Below are positions 47,244-57,838 of a stretch of DNA of 64,000 bases, piece after piece. Origin of the DNA: a virus; IMG/VR virus record IMGVR_UViG_3300046758_000611, positions 1 to 64,000 of that record. One strand, 5' to 3'. The notes under the pieces were generated by a model. The model searched no databases. It was given only the letters and a program-made list of their open reading frames with translations, and was not told the DNA's origin. Both the position numbers and the translations under genes were made by a program. Position 1 is the first letter of the stretch. Every line of letters starts with the position of its first letter.

Positions 47244-48099
47244 GCTTTTTGATCTCTTTGATTAACTCATATGACATAAGCAATGTAGTTACTTGTGAAT
47301 CTCTCACTACACGACCATCACAGATTTTATCAAGTTGAGTAACAACCTCATCTAATTTAATTGCGACAACTGCATCGTCAATTATACTTTCTTTCAAATC
47401 TATAAGTTCTTTTTTAACGTTTGGTATTTCTTTATTTACATATTCACGCAAACTATTTGTATTTGAAATATTGTTTATATAGTTTTTAAGAAGAGTTTGT
47501 TGCCTTTCATCTAAACTACTATATTTTTTATTAAAATTATTTACAAGCAATCTATAACTAATAAGTCTTAAATCTTCATTTTGCTTTTCATAGGTTTCAA
47601 CTATTTCATCATTTTTTAAATAATTTGATTTTGTATTAAGAATGTTTTGCACTATTGTACTCTTTGACTCGAATAATTCTTTTGGATCACAGAATACATT
47701 TGGCGTCTTGCTTTCAAATAATTTATAAATACTTGCGTATGTTTTATAGTTTCGGATTTTAGAACGAAGAAAATCATCGATTGGGTAGTTGTCTTTCATC
47801 TCACGAACCAAATTATATCTTGCTTTACTCAAATTTAACGAATCTAATTTTGAGTGAGATTGCACCACAACCTCCAAAAACTTTTCAGCAGAAGACTCAT
47901 CGGTAAAAGTTTCTTCCATAAGCAATTGATATAATCTTTGCTCCTGACCCAACACACTTTCTTCCGAAAAGTATTTTCTCATAAGTTTATTTGCGTAAGA
48001 CTGTTTATTATCATTGAGAATATCTGCTGTAATTTGGCGTACCAATAACTCGAATAATATTCCGGTATTTTTAAATTTGCTATGTTTTAATTTTTTCAC
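47230..48099 (-). CDS. Hypothetical protein downstream of the portal gene
   Basis: KHSKFKNTGILFELLVRQIT start, helical, FNKKYSSL. Confidence 0.7.
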   Translation of the reverse strand: MKKLKHSKFKNTGILFELLVRQITADILNDNKQSYANKLMRKYFSEESVLGQEQRLYQLLMEETFTDESSAEKFLEVVVQSHSKLDSLNLSKARYNLVREMKDNYPIDDFLRSKIRNYKTYASIYKLFESKTPNVFCDPKELFESKSTIVQNILNTKSNYLKNDEIVETYEKQNEDLRLISYRLLVNNFNKKYSSLDERQQTLLKNYINNISNTNSLREYVNKEIPNVKKELIDLKESIIDDAVVAIKLDEVVTQLDKICDGRVVRDSQVTTLLMSYELIKEIKKHESN

Positions 48100-48177
48100 G
48101 TGAAGTTGCGATGGTAATGTATATAAATATAAATATAGTTAATATTTGTTAAATTTAATTATCATGTAAATTTTATT

Positions 48178-49998
48178 TTAATCTAATTTTACCTGTTTCT
48201 CTAGATTTTCAACAAAATTTTTTGCATCTTGCTCAGTTTCAACTATTAAATGTTGTGGGTTTGAATCTTCTGTATTCTGCTTTCTTGTTAAAAACTGATC
48301 AAGTTTTTCTAAGTCAGATTCTAACTTAAGTGGACTTTCACTTGTCCGTCCAGATACTTTTCGTTCATCTGCACCAAGTGGGTCACGACCCATTGGTTTG
48401 TCATCCGGGTGGTCATACTTGTTGTGTCTATTTTTTCGTTTTTCTTCTTCTCGTTTTCTTTTATGAACATTATCATCATCAGACTCTTCAAAATTAAAAG
48501 AACCTCCACCTTCATCATCACCACCGTCTTCTGTTGAATCATTAGAACTTTGGTCAGCCGGATCTATTCCTTCATTTTGAATGCTTTCCAATCGAAAAAA
48601 TTCTTTAGCATCATCTACAAAATCATTACGAATTCCTTCTACTTCATCTTCTGCAAGACCAAATATTTTATCATATATCCAATCTTTAGAAAACATTTTT
48701 GCATCAACCATATCACGTGCAGTATTTAATTTTTCGGATAGAATTCTAACACGTTCCTCTTCAAAAATAGTAGACGGGTTTGTAAGTGATAAATTAAAAT
48801 CAACAAGTTTACTATCTTTGTATCCCTGTGAATAAAGATGAACTACTGCTATTTTCGTAAGTTCACTTAGTAAAATTCGTTGAACCCGTTCTATTGTTCT
48901 TGCAAATCTTATATCTTCAGCCGCAAGTGTTGCTTTTCCTGTTATTCCTTCTTCATACCCTAGAAATGCTTTTGGTATTTTAAGTGCGGACATCATTTTG
49001 TTTTTTACATACTCAATATCTTCAGTTCCATCATACGTCATTCCTCCTAAACTTTCTATACGAGTACCACTATCACCGCCACGCACAGGTAAGAAAAAGT
49101 CTTCTGTCATATTTTGTAGATTAAACTTTAAATTATAATCACCAGTTTGTTGGTCTACATAAGGAACTTTTTTCATCTTATTAATAACTTTTTGCATAAA
49201 GTTATCAACTTCGTTCGGTGGGATATTACCAATATCAATGTAAAACATTCTTTTTTCAGGTGCTCTCATAATTCTATGAATAAGCATTGCGTCTTCCATT
49301 AGTTGAAGTTGCTTCCACGAACGTCTAGCAGATTCAATCATGCTTTTTCCGTATGGTAAAAAGTTTGTATCACCGAGCAATCTAAAGTGAGCAATTTCAT
49401 AATTTTCGTATGATGCTTTTGCAGAACCTTCCTGTTTAAAGCAAACATATGATGGATTTTCAGGATCCATATCCTCAAGTCGTGTCATTTCATACGTTGA
49501 AATTGGTTTTACGTTTAAAACTCCATACTCAGGTTCAATCTCTAAATGTAAATAAAAATCACCATACTTACACATATTTCGTGTCCATCCCCATAAATTA
49601 AATTCAATATTTAATATCTCGTAAAAAAGATTTTCTAAGATACCCTTTACATTGGAATCTTGACTGGAAATTTTTAAAACTTCACCAAATTCACTTTTAG
49701 TTGTGCATTCATCCGAATATATGTCCAACGCACTTGATAAAATTGGGTCATTATCCATGACATCATAATCATTGAATAACTCTAATCTAGCAGTTTGAAA
49801 TCCTATACTATTGTGCATACTTACATAATCACTATACATTGTATGCATTCTATTGTACTTATCACGAACACTACTCGAATGCTGAATATCATCTGTGTCT
49901 ACAACTTTAAGTTTTTTTCCACCTACATTTCTAACTACTACATCCGAAGAAAATAATCTTTTTAGACCTGCGAATAATTTATTTTTTGGTTTTGCCAT
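48178..49998 (-). CDS. Portal protein (T4 gp20-like)
   Basis: LQLMEDAMLIHRIMRAPEKRMFYIDIGNIP, EDFFLPVRG, ALKIPKAFL, EDIRFARTI. Confidence 0.95.
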   Translation of the reverse strand: MAKPKNKLFAGLKRLFSSDVVVRNVGGKKLKVVDTDDIQHSSSVRDKYNRMHTMYSDYVSMHNSIGFQTARLELFNDYDVMDNDPILSSALDIYSDECTTKSEFGEVLKISSQDSNVKGILENLFYEILNIEFNLWGWTRNMCKYGDFYLHLEIEPEYGVLNVKPISTYEMTRLEDMDPENPSYVCFKQEGSAKASYENYEIAHFRLLGDTNFLPYGKSMIESARRSWKQLQLMEDAMLIHRIMRAPEKRMFYIDIGNIPPNEVDNFMQKVINKMKKVPYVDQQTGDYNLKFNLQNMTEDFFLPVRGGDSGTRIESLGGMTYDGTEDIEYVKNKMMSALKIPKAFLGYEEGITGKATLAAEDIRFARTIERVQRILLSELTKIAVVHLYSQGYKDSKLVDFNLSLTNPSTIFEEERVRILSEKLNTARDMVDAKMFSKDWIYDKIFGLAEDEVEGIRNDFVDDAKEFFRLESIQNEGIDPADQSSNDSTEDGGDDEGGGSFNFEESDDDNVHKRKREEEKRKNRHNKYDHPDDKPMGRDPLGADERKVSGRTSESPLKLESDLEKLDQFLTRKQNTEDSNPQHLIVETEQDAKNFVENLEKQVKLD

Positions 49999-50019
49999 TT
50001 TTTTACTTATAAGTTTAAA

Positions 50020-50048
50020 ATTTTAGTATACTAATGATAAAACGTCAA
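50020..50048 (-). promoter_or_regulatory. sigma70-like promoter upstream of the portal gene
   Basis: TTGACG-17 nt-TAAAAT. Confidence 0.55.
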
Positions 50049-50050
50049 GT

Positions 50051-50659
50051 TTATAGATCCAGGTCACTGGCTGCCCCTATAATGTCACCTCCATCAAATC
50101 CTTGAAAAGGACCCAATGGATTTTTTTCTTTTTTAAGTGTATCAATGTTTTTTTCTCCGGAGTACAAAACATATTCGACTTTTTCATCTACAATTAAAAT
50201 TAAAACACTTATTTTCCATCCAGTTGTGTGTACATTTTTTCTAAAATTAAGAACATCGAGTATAACACTTCCTTCTCTTTGATTTTTTAATTTTTCTAAA
50301 TTAATTTCATATGCAAGTCCATCTTCTCTGGCAGCCAGAGTTTTAAGAACTCCTGAAGGTAATTCAATTTTATTAAATAAAGTATATCTAGAAGGACTAT
50401 CAAGTTTAAATTTTTCCATTATATCAAGATATGTTAATTTTTTAACATTTGGAATATTTTCAAGATCAAGTCCAATTTTTACTAAATCAATATATGTTGT
50501 TTTCCCGACTTCAATTTTATTAACTAAATCTTCTACTTCAGCATATGACTTATAGGTTGTTTCTGTGTAAATTTGTTGTGTTGGTAGTAGTGACTGACAT
50601 CCTGTGTTGAATAAAACAGAAAAAAGTATCAGTAATAAAGATGTTTTATTTGCTTTCAT
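50051..50659 (-). CDS. Lipoprotein (SmpA/BamE-like motif)
   Basis: Start MKANK at 50659 with AAGGA SD; hydrophobic stretch then NTGC; KIEVGKTTYIDL. Confidence 0.6.
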   Translation of the reverse strand: MKANKTSLLLILFSVLFNTGCQSLLPTQQIYTETTYKSYAEVEDLVNKIEVGKTTYIDLVKIGLDLENIPNVKKLTYLDIMEKFKLDSPSRYTLFNKIELPSGVLKTLAAREDGLAYEINLEKLKNQREGSVILDVLNFRKNVHTTGWKISVLILIVDEKVEYVLYSGEKNIDTLKKEKNPLGPFQGFDGGDIIGAASDLDL

Positions 50660-50673
50660 TTTTGATTTCCTTT

Positions 50674-52263
50674 TTAAAATAACCAATTGATATTTTCTTT
50701 TTGACCATTTACCGTATTCATTTCATATGGATTGTTTGTTAATCCAGATTTACCAAACGGAGTTGAATCTAATTGATTTGAACTTCCCATGTAATCGAAC
50801 AAACTTTTTTGAGTTTGTACATTTTCACTTCTAAATCTCAATGCAGTATCTCTTACCCACAATGACATACACAAACTTAATGTTAAATCATCATTATATC
50901 CTTGCATTGCTTCTGCTCGTTGACCATTCCATACAAATGTAAATAATTCTTCAATCGTTCGTTCTGATTGTATTTCGACCTCTTTTTCACGAACATAACT
51001 TTCCATTTTGGAAATTATTAATGGTCTCGTTTTTATAGAGGTTGTAAATCCAGGAACTTGCTTCTTTTCCATACGATTTATTTTATTAGTATGTTGTGTA
51101 AGTTCATCTATATATTGAAAATCTCGTTGTGTATAATATAAATTACTATAACCTTTATCTATAATTTGTTGTAATACTGCCCACCCTATATTCGCATTTT
51201 CCACTACAAGTAAAGCATTATTAAACTCACTTGCTACTGCCACAAGAAGATTTCCGTAATCTTTTGTTTCTATATCTCCTTTAAATTCTGCGACTTGTTT
51301 TACATTATCTACATCAAATACATGAAATGCACTTTTATCACGACCGTCTCCTCTTGCAACATCGGCAGAAACTACATAGTGTTTATTGTGGTTCGCATAT
51401 TCCCATAACCAATATTCTTTATTAGCACCTCGTTTTTCTATTGGTTCTTTTACTAAATTGTTTTTATACCAATCAAGAATAGAAGCATCTACTACCGAAC
51501 GACCACTGCTTATAAAATCACAATCACACTCTTGGGCTGCGTCCTTTTCTCCAAGAACCTTTGTCTGTAAATCTCTCCACTTTTGATCACGTTCAGGGTG
51601 TAATGACCAGTGCAAATTAATTGGATTGAAATCATTTGATCCGTCCATAGTACCAACCCACGTTTTGTGGAAGAAATTACCAATTCCGTTTGGAGTAGAA
51701 AGTAAAATAGAACGACCACCTGTTGTAATTGTAGATTGCGATGCAGTCCATATTTCTTCCATATTCGTAATGAACGCACACTCGTCCACGATAAGTAAAC
51801 TCAGAGAGGATGAACGGGAAGCATCTACACTACTTGAAGCCGCACGAATATTACTTCCGTTTTTAAAACGCATACTTAATTTATTTTTTTCAGTACACTC
51901 ACTTCGCAACCAACTCGGTAAATGCTCAGACATATGCGTTACTTTTGTAACAATATTCTTTGCAGTTTCTTGGTTAATAGCAATACAAAGAATACTTTTA
52001 TCTGTAAAAAAGGTCATCAACCACAAAGCATAACCCGATACTAAAGTTGATATACCCATTTGCCTTGCTTTTAATACAATATTAAATTGCTCGTCACGAA
52101 AACTCTCTAAAGTTTTTTCTTGAAAATCATACAAATGAAATGGTATTGTACCCATAGTTGGGTGCTGAATTTTACAATACTTTTTCATAAAATATGCAGG
52201 TGACTTTAAACACTCAGCATATTCTTGTTTTATTATTTCTCGTAACGGAATTTTATTACCCAT
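50674..52263 (-). CDS. Terminase large subunit (T4 gp17-like)
   Basis: LKARQMGIST, Walker B LLIVDECAF, LSTPNG, SADVARG, DKSAF, VENANIG, NDDLTLS. Confidence 0.95.
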   Translation of the reverse strand: MGNKIPLREIIKQEYAECLKSPAYFMKKYCKIQHPTMGTIPFHLYDFQEKTLESFRDEQFNIVLKARQMGISTLVSGYALWLMTFFTDKSILCIAINQETAKNIVTKVTHMSEHLPSWLRSECTEKNKLSMRFKNGSNIRAASSSVDASRSSSLSLLIVDECAFITNMEEIWTASQSTITTGGRSILLSTPNGIGNFFHKTWVGTMDGSNDFNPINLHWSLHPERDQKWRDLQTKVLGEKDAAQECDCDFISSGRSVVDASILDWYKNNLVKEPIEKRGANKEYWLWEYANHNKHYVVSADVARGDGRDKSAFHVFDVDNVKQVAEFKGDIETKDYGNLLVAVASEFNNALLVVENANIGWAVLQQIIDKGYSNLYYTQRDFQYIDELTQHTNKINRMEKKQVPGFTTSIKTRPLIISKMESYVREKEVEIQSERTIEELFTFVWNGQRAEAMQGYNDDLTLSLCMSLWVRDTALRFRSENVQTQKSLFDYMGSSNQLDSTPFGKSGLTNNPYEMNTVNGQKENINWLF

Positions 52264-52299
52264 TACAGATAAATATGTATATATTTAATTTTCTTATAA

Positions 52300-52334
52300 T
52301 ATAAAAGTTTCGACGATACCTTGAAACTTTTATA
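52300..52334 (-). terminator. Possible terminator hairpin
   Basis: TATAAAAGTTTC/GAAACTTTTATA inverted repeat overlapping the stop of 52330..52956. Confidence 0.4.
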
Positions 52335-52956
52335 AATCTATATCAGCATACTCTTGAAGGTTATTTTCTACTTCTTTTAAACGAGTTTCTAATTCTTCCA
52401 AGTCGTTTTCAAGTTCTTTCATAATTTCATCTTTGTTTGGAAGATTCCATTGTTCAAGTGAACCATCCTCGTTTAAAAACTTTGGATCATTTGTAATGTG
52501 TTCTTTTGATTCTACTAATTTTGTTTTAGTATCTAATAAAAAACTAAGTTCATTTTCGAGCATAGTCTTTTTTTCATATACTTCGTATTTTCCTTCATCT
52601 TTAAGTTTTTGTTCATATTCTTGAACACAATCAAAGCACATTCCTTTCATCGCAAGCATTCTTTTATCTAAGTATTTTGTGTGATCAACTGTACACATTT
52701 TCTTTGGACAATTGGGTGCTTCTCGTAAACTTTTTCGCACAGTATCCATTAGAGTTTCTGTTCTTACCTTGGAGTTAGTTCCAACTTGCTTCCACTCTTT
52801 TCCATCTTTGTCGGTCCAAATTTCACCTGGCTGTCTTATTACAAGTTCTTCAACTTCTCCTTCGTAACCATGAACTTTAGGAAGTTCTTCTCCTTGAAAC
52901 AACTTACGTGATCGTTTAATCACATACTTAATATCATCTTTATCCATTTTTGCCAT
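52330..52956 (-). CDS. Hypothetical protein with Cys pairs and coiled coil
   Basis: CPKKMC and CFDC, C-terminal heptads; likely start MAKMDK at 52956. Confidence 0.65.
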   Translation of the reverse strand: MAKMDKDDIKYVIKRSRKLFQGEELPKVHGYEGEVEELVIRQPGEIWTDKDGKEWKQVGTNSKVRTETLMDTVRKSLREAPNCPKKMCTVDHTKYLDKRMLAMKGMCFDCVQEYEQKLKDEGKYEVYEKKTMLENELSFLLDTKTKLVESKEHITNDPKFLNEDGSLEQWNLPNKDEIMKELENDLEELETRLKEVENNLQEYADIDL

Positions 52957-52963
52957 ATCCAAT

Positions 52964-52992
52964 ATTATCACACTTTTTTTCTAGTTTGTCAA
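52964..52992 (-). promoter_or_regulatory. sigma70-like promoter with extended -10
   Basis: TTGACA-17 nt-GATAAT preceded by TGn. Confidence 0.65.
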
Positions 52993-52995
52993 ATA

Positions 52996-53427
52996 TTAAG
53001 ATAATTTTTCAAATGATTTTACGCATTCATCTAAAAAAACGTTTATTAAAAAGTTTAAATACAAATTTCTATATTTATCTCGTTGAGAATCACTTAAATC
53101 ATATTGCATAAATCTTAATTCTTCGGAACAATGTTCTTCTTTTCTCATTCTATCCTGTATACACAGAATGACTTTTTTTACAGAGCAGTGTTCTTCTCCG
53201 TATCCATATAAATATCCACAATGTAATGATAGTTTTAGTCCTTCATCTTGAATAGAAACTACAAACTCTCTATCAAGATACTTAACTGGTTTAGGTAAGA
53301 CTGCACGTTGTGATGTTCTGAATTTGGTACATACCGATGATATTTCTTTTTCAACTTCAATTGATTTTAAATAAATGTTACCATTTAACTTAATCATACT
53401 TTCCTTTTTTAAAGTCTTTTCTATCAT
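52996..53427 (-). CDS. Hypothetical protein
   Basis: 143-aa ORF overlapping the upstream gene. Confidence 0.5.
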   Translation of the reverse strand: MIEKTLKKESMIKLNGNIYLKSIEVEKEISSVCTKFRTSQRAVLPKPVKYLDREFVVSIQDEGLKLSLHCGYLYGYGEEHCSVKKVILCIQDRMRKEEHCSEELRFMQYDLSDSQRDKYRNLYLNFLINVFLDECVKSFEKLS

Positions 53428-54448
53428 ATGACTTTTTACTTTTCATTGGTCTACTTTTAGGCATTGTTTGTTTTCTTACCTTATTATAGGCATCAAGTTT
53501 TGTTAATAGTTTTTTTTGTTTTGCTTCCGACAATTTTTTTATTTTATGCACTAGCATTTTAATATATTCTTTTTTGCTACCACGACCTTTGAAATAAGGA
53601 CTTTTGTCACTCAGCATTTTTGCAACATCAAGTATTGCTTTTAAATCTTTTAAATTTTCTTGCTCTTCCTTTCCTTCGTTGGTAGGAACTTTATTTGGTA
53701 AATCATCATGATCAGTTTTTGCCATTTTTTTTGCATCCTTTTTTGTCATGCCATTTGCTATTTTTTTTATTTTTGTATATAAATCAGTATCCACATCAGT
53801 CTTCTTTAAATCTCCTTTGTTGTAAGCATGAACCATTCCAAATAATCTTTGTTGTGATTTCGATACTGATTTTTCTGTTATAGGTCCATCTAATTTCGTA
53901 AACTCAACATAATATATATTTGTTTTGGGAGATTGAAAGATTTTTCCACCTACGTTCTTTTTGTGCTGAATTGCTTCTTTTTTGCTTTTGAAAGAAAAAG
54001 GTTTTAGTTTTCCATTAATATATTGTGCAGATACTTCTAATTTAGAACCATTTACACCGAGTGTAAAAACTCCGTGCTTATTTTCATTTACTGCATTTTT
54101 ATTATTAATTTTACTTCTTACTTTTTTAATTCTTTCTTTTTCTTTTTGTTTTACTTTAGGCAATAACTTTCTTGAAATTTTGTTAATCACAGCTGTTTTT
54201 GTTGCAAGTTTTTTATCTATAAATTCTTTTTGACTAAGAGATAATTCTTGATACTTTTTTCCTCCTGCCAATTTTTTTACTAATATATTTTTTGCGGCCT
54301 TATCTGCTACCTTTTTTAGTTTCGCAGGGGACTTCATTCTTTTTGCAAGTAGTTTTCTTTTAATTGCACGTTTTTTTGCAGTTCTTTTTGCTGATCTTGC
54401 AAGTTTAATTCGTGCAGCCCTTGATAATTTTTTTTCGTTTGTTTTCAC
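53390..54448 (-). CDS. Highly basic modular protein, putative internal head / DNA-binding protein
   Basis: Lys/Arg-rich N-terminal module and KSVSKSQQRLFGMV module, separated by VNE/ITE/TNE/LSE sites. Confidence 0.55.
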   Translation of the reverse strand: MKTNEKKLSRAARIKLARSAKRTAKKRAIKRKLLAKRMKSPAKLKKVADKAAKNILVKKLAGGKKYQELSLSQKEFIDKKLATKTAVINKISRKLLPKVKQKEKERIKKVRSKINNKNAVNENKHGVFTLGVNGSKLEVSAQYINGKLKPFSFKSKKEAIQHKKNVGGKIFQSPKTNIYYVEFTKLDGPITEKSVSKSQQRLFGMVHAYNKGDLKKTDVDTDLYTKIKKIANGMTKKDAKKMAKTDHDDLPNKVPTNEGKEEQENLKDLKAILDVAKMLSDKSPYFKGRGSKKEYIKMLVHKIKKLSEAKQKKLLTKLDAYNKVRKQTMPKSRPMKSKKSYDRKDFKKGKYD

Positions 54449-54449
54449 T

Positions 54450-56978
54450 TTAAAATCTCATTATACCCATAATTTGATTTATAGGAGCAAATGTTCCGGT
54501 TAGTTTATATGTTCCACCTTTATATTGAAATACAACACCTTCTGTTGGTGCGATTGCGTTGCTTCCACCAATAGAATTAAGACGATTGAGATTTTTATTT
54601 AACTTCTCCATGTCTTTCTTAAACTTATCAGGTGATTCAACAGAACCAATCTTTTTTGATTCTAATGTTTTAACATGAACATCAAGTGCCTTTGCTATAT
54701 CATCACTTCCTCCGGCCGCAACGAATCCTTTTACATTCTTTAATACTTCCGCACCCAATTTCAAAAAGATGAATTGAAATGGCCACATATTTTCTTCAAA
54801 TTGTTTTGTAACATCTTCTTTTTCAAACTTAGTAACCCACGCAAGTAACTTTGGATGATCAGATAATTCTTTTTTAATTGTAGTAATTTTATTGGACTTA
54901 TCGTTATATGCCCAACGACCGATGAGTGCCTCGTATACTTTTGATGGAAATATCTCTTTAGTTTTTGTTTGTTGCTTATTTAATAAATCTCTCCACCAAG
55001 AATCATGATACTTCATTACTTTGTCGTTGTCTTTTAATCTAAATTTATTTTTAAGTTTATCTATTTTAGCAGAATACTTTGTATAAGAATCTCCGAATGT
55101 TTTGCTTTTAGGAAGTTCCACAACAATTGGTGCGTTCAGTGAATAACGACTTTGAACATCTGCGTTTATTTGTTTAAGCATACCTTTAAGCATTCTTGCA
55201 GAGTCTTTAAGTTCACTTGTTATATCGTTTCCCTCGGAATCTACACTAACTGCTTTTCCTGCGGAATCATATGCTTGTGTTCCGTGAAATACCAACATAT
55301 CTACATTTTGAGGAATAACATTTTGTGTTGCGGGTGTCATTACCTCTATATTCATAAAACGTTCACCTTCACGAAATACTTTATTCTTTTGTGCATCAGT
55401 AAGACCCGATATAGCAGTTTCCAAATCTTCAACTGCACTTACAAACGCATCACGAATATTATCAGGACGATCAGCAAATATACTAGAAAATTCTTTTACA
55501 TTAGGTGCGGCTGCTCCTGCATTTTTTAAATGTCCTTGATTTCTTGCAGCCACCAATTCACCATCTTTCCAAGAAAACATTAAATTTTGACCATCAAGTT
55601 TTTCAGTAACTTCTTTTTCAACATTTAGTTCACCTGCCAACGACCTACGAATCATTTCTTTTAAATCGGCAAATGTTAAATCACGATCATCGAAAGGATG
55701 ACTCATATGACCAGCCGCACCTCCTTCTGTGATTATTTTGCTTTCCTTTATAGCATGACCTTCAACTCCTTTATCAATTTCTTCACTACCACTTGCTTCT
55801 TTGCTAGATGAATCAATTGTATTTTTATCAACAAGGTCTTCATCTCCTTGTTCGTTGTTCTTACGAATGGATTTTTCAGAACCAACAAAGTCTACAAGTT
55901 TGTATCCTACAGTTTCGGCAACATTTTCAATGAAGTTAACCCATTGATCGTGGGCATTTGAAGTTTCTTCTGTATTAATTTGATTTGTAGGTGATCCTAC
56001 ATCAAAATCACCAGAAGGATAAAAAGATACCGCAGGAACTGGACCAGAGTATTTTCCCCACTCACGATAATCTGCGTTACGACCTAATCCGTTTTTTCCA
56101 ACCACAAAGTCAAGCACATCATAACCAAGTTGCTTTGCACGGTTTGATGTGTAACTTTCATAAGACTCACCTGGATAATAAACAGAAGGTCCATCATCAA
56201 CCATTGATTTTCCCATTGAAGATATTGAACTTATTTCGTTTATTATACTTGGAAATTTTTCAATAAGTTTTTCAAACTTTGGATATTCATTTAAAAAGTT
56301 TTCAAAAATTTCTTCGTTTTCAAATAATGTTCCGAACTTCTTAGTAAGATACTTAAATATTTTTTCATCATACCAACCGAAGAGCTCTTCAAATGCTTGA
56401 ATCTTTGTCATTTCATCGTGTTCAGGACTACCCAATAAATCACGAATCCGAGTACCACTTACTTCTTTTCCCAAGACCTTGATACTTACATGAGGAGCAA
56501 CAATAAAATAACCATGTTCACCGTATGGTTTTAGATCATTTTTATTTTTCTCATATGATTGATAGTATGCAGGTGATCCATCTGCTTTAGTTGTTTTGAG
56601 ACGACCTGCATCTTTTTCTCCAAAAATATAAACCACCGCAGTTGTATTCGGATTATACTTTTTTAAAATCTCTTCGCATACATACGGATTTTTTACTTTA
56701 ACTACATTCTTAACTCCATGCTTCGTCCATACCAGTTTCTTTTCTTTAAAATTCAAAGGACTTTTTGTGGCATCGGTTTTATTACTCGTAGCAACATATG
56801 CTTTATCAAACTTACCATCTAACCACTTGTATGTTTTGTAATGATGCACACCTGCCGGTTGAAATCTACCAGGATAAATTCCAATTACCTTTTTTATTTT
56901 AGGTGATTCATTCAACAACTCTTCAACCATAAAGTCGGTTAAGTCATTTGCAAGTGAGTTAGTGTTTTTGTAATTCAT
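54450..56978 (-). CDS. HIGH-type (cytidylyltransferase-like) nucleotidyltransferase fused to a KxDG ligase-like domain
   Basis: N-domain IYPGRFQPAGVHH...GEKDAGR...VSGTRIR; C-domain after ITEGGAAGH with TEKLDGQN, NIEV, VFHG, TEGVVF, YKLTG. Confidence 0.65.
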   Translation of the reverse strand: MNYKNTNSLANDLTDFMVEELLNESPKIKKVIGIYPGRFQPAGVHHYKTYKWLDGKFDKAYVATSNKTDATKSPLNFKEKKLVWTKHGVKNVVKVKNPYVCEEILKKYNPNTTAVVYIFGEKDAGRLKTTKADGSPAYYQSYEKNKNDLKPYGEHGYFIVAPHVSIKVLGKEVSGTRIRDLLGSPEHDEMTKIQAFEELFGWYDEKIFKYLTKKFGTLFENEEIFENFLNEYPKFEKLIEKFPSIINEISSISSMGKSMVDDGPSVYYPGESYESYTSNRAKQLGYDVLDFVVGKNGLGRNADYREWGKYSGPVPAVSFYPSGDFDVGSPTNQINTEETSNAHDQWVNFIENVAETVGYKLVDFVGSEKSIRKNNEQGDEDLVDKNTIDSSSKEASGSEEIDKGVEGHAIKESKIITEGGAAGHMSHPFDDRDLTFADLKEMIRRSLAGELNVEKEVTEKLDGQNLMFSWKDGELVAARNQGHLKNAGAAAPNVKEFSSIFADRPDNIRDAFVSAVEDLETAISGLTDAQKNKVFREGERFMNIEVMTPATQNVIPQNVDMLVFHGTQAYDSAGKAVSVDSEGNDITSELKDSARMLKGMLKQINADVQSRYSLNAPIVVELPKSKTFGDSYTKYSAKIDKLKNKFRLKDNDKVMKYHDSWWRDLLNKQQTKTKEIFPSKVYEALIGRWAYNDKSNKITTIKKELSDHPKLLAWVTKFEKEDVTKQFEENMWPFQFIFLKLGAEVLKNVKGFVAAGGSDDIAKALDVHVKTLESKKIGSVESPDKFKKDMEKLNKNLNRLNSIGGSNAIAPTEGVVFQYKGGTYKLTGTFAPINQIMGIMRF

Positions 56979-57508
56979 TTAGTTTCAAGAATTTCTGCTA
57001 AGATAGTTCTTATTTGGTTTCTAAGTTTTTGCTCGTATACTTTTCGTGAAATGAAACGATTAAATTCACCCTTTGACATTCCAGTAAGTTCATCTGCCAT
57101 TTCATCAAATCCCTTTCTTTGTAAAAACGCAACAACTTTATCTTTTGCTTTTAAAATACTTGTATGTAATCCTGACATAAAATCAATTGCCTTTTTGTAC
57201 TCAGGACTTGTTAATTTAATTTCATTTGTTTTTTTCATTTTATTTGATTCCTCGTATTGTGACATATAAAAGTCTTCATCAGATGCAGCTGCCTGAAAAT
57301 CTCTCCAAGCTTGTTCTGCTTCTTTTCCCACCATTATTACTTTTCCTTTTGGATAATAAAGTATTTCATCTCCTTTTTTAAATTTAATGCCACCCTTGCG
57401 AAGTCTTCGTTGTACAGGTAGTCTTTGTTCACCAGATACTCCATCATATTTTGATTTCATCCAAAATGGATCGTCTTTATATCTTTTATATTCTGATATG
57501 TTTTTCAT
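56975..57508 (-). CDS. Hypothetical protein
   Basis: YKDDPFWMKSKY...FKKGDEILYYP; C-terminal KLRNQIRTILAE. Confidence 0.6.
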   Translation of the reverse strand: MKNISEYKRYKDDPFWMKSKYDGVSGEQRLPVQRRLRKGGIKFKKGDEILYYPKGKVIMVGKEAEQAWRDFQAAASDEDFYMSQYEESNKMKKTNEIKLTSPEYKKAIDFMSGLHTSILKAKDKVVAFLQRKGFDEMADELTGMSKGEFNRFISRKVYEQKLRNQIRTILAEILETK

Positions 57509-57511
57509 AAG

Positions 57512-57838
57512 TTATCCTTCTATATAATCTATGGGTTTGTTTGTTTTAATGTTTTTCTTACAGGCCTCTTTTTTTTCAAAATACATATATGGAGAATTTT
57601 TGATATACCACTCTGTACAATGATAGACGGTTCCACTTAAGATAGGTCCTTCCGTACTCATTGATTCTGTAAACGAACCTATAAATTCATATTTGTGTTT
57701 TTCTTTTAAAAAACGGTTTGCCATATTTTTTGACCAAGATTCATTTCCTTCTTTTTTTGTTTCAAAACTATATTTCTCACCCGACTTTGCGAGTTCAAGT
57801 TTATATGATTCACCTAAACTTTCGGATACTAAATTCAT
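57512..57838 (-). CDS. Hypothetical protein
   Basis: 108-aa ORF coupled to the kinase gene. Confidence 0.5.
   Translation of the reverse strand: MNLVSESLGESYKLELAKSGEKYSFETKKEGNESWSKNMANRFLKEKHKYEFIGSFTESMSTEGPILSGTVYHCTEWYIKNSPYMYFEKKEACKKNIKTNKPIDYIEG

Noticed and set aside
2118-52263. Inteins or introns in nrdA, helicase, recA, polymerase, portal or terminase
   Set aside because: Lengths and motif spacing are normal, and no splicing or LAGLIDADG/HNH motifs were seen.
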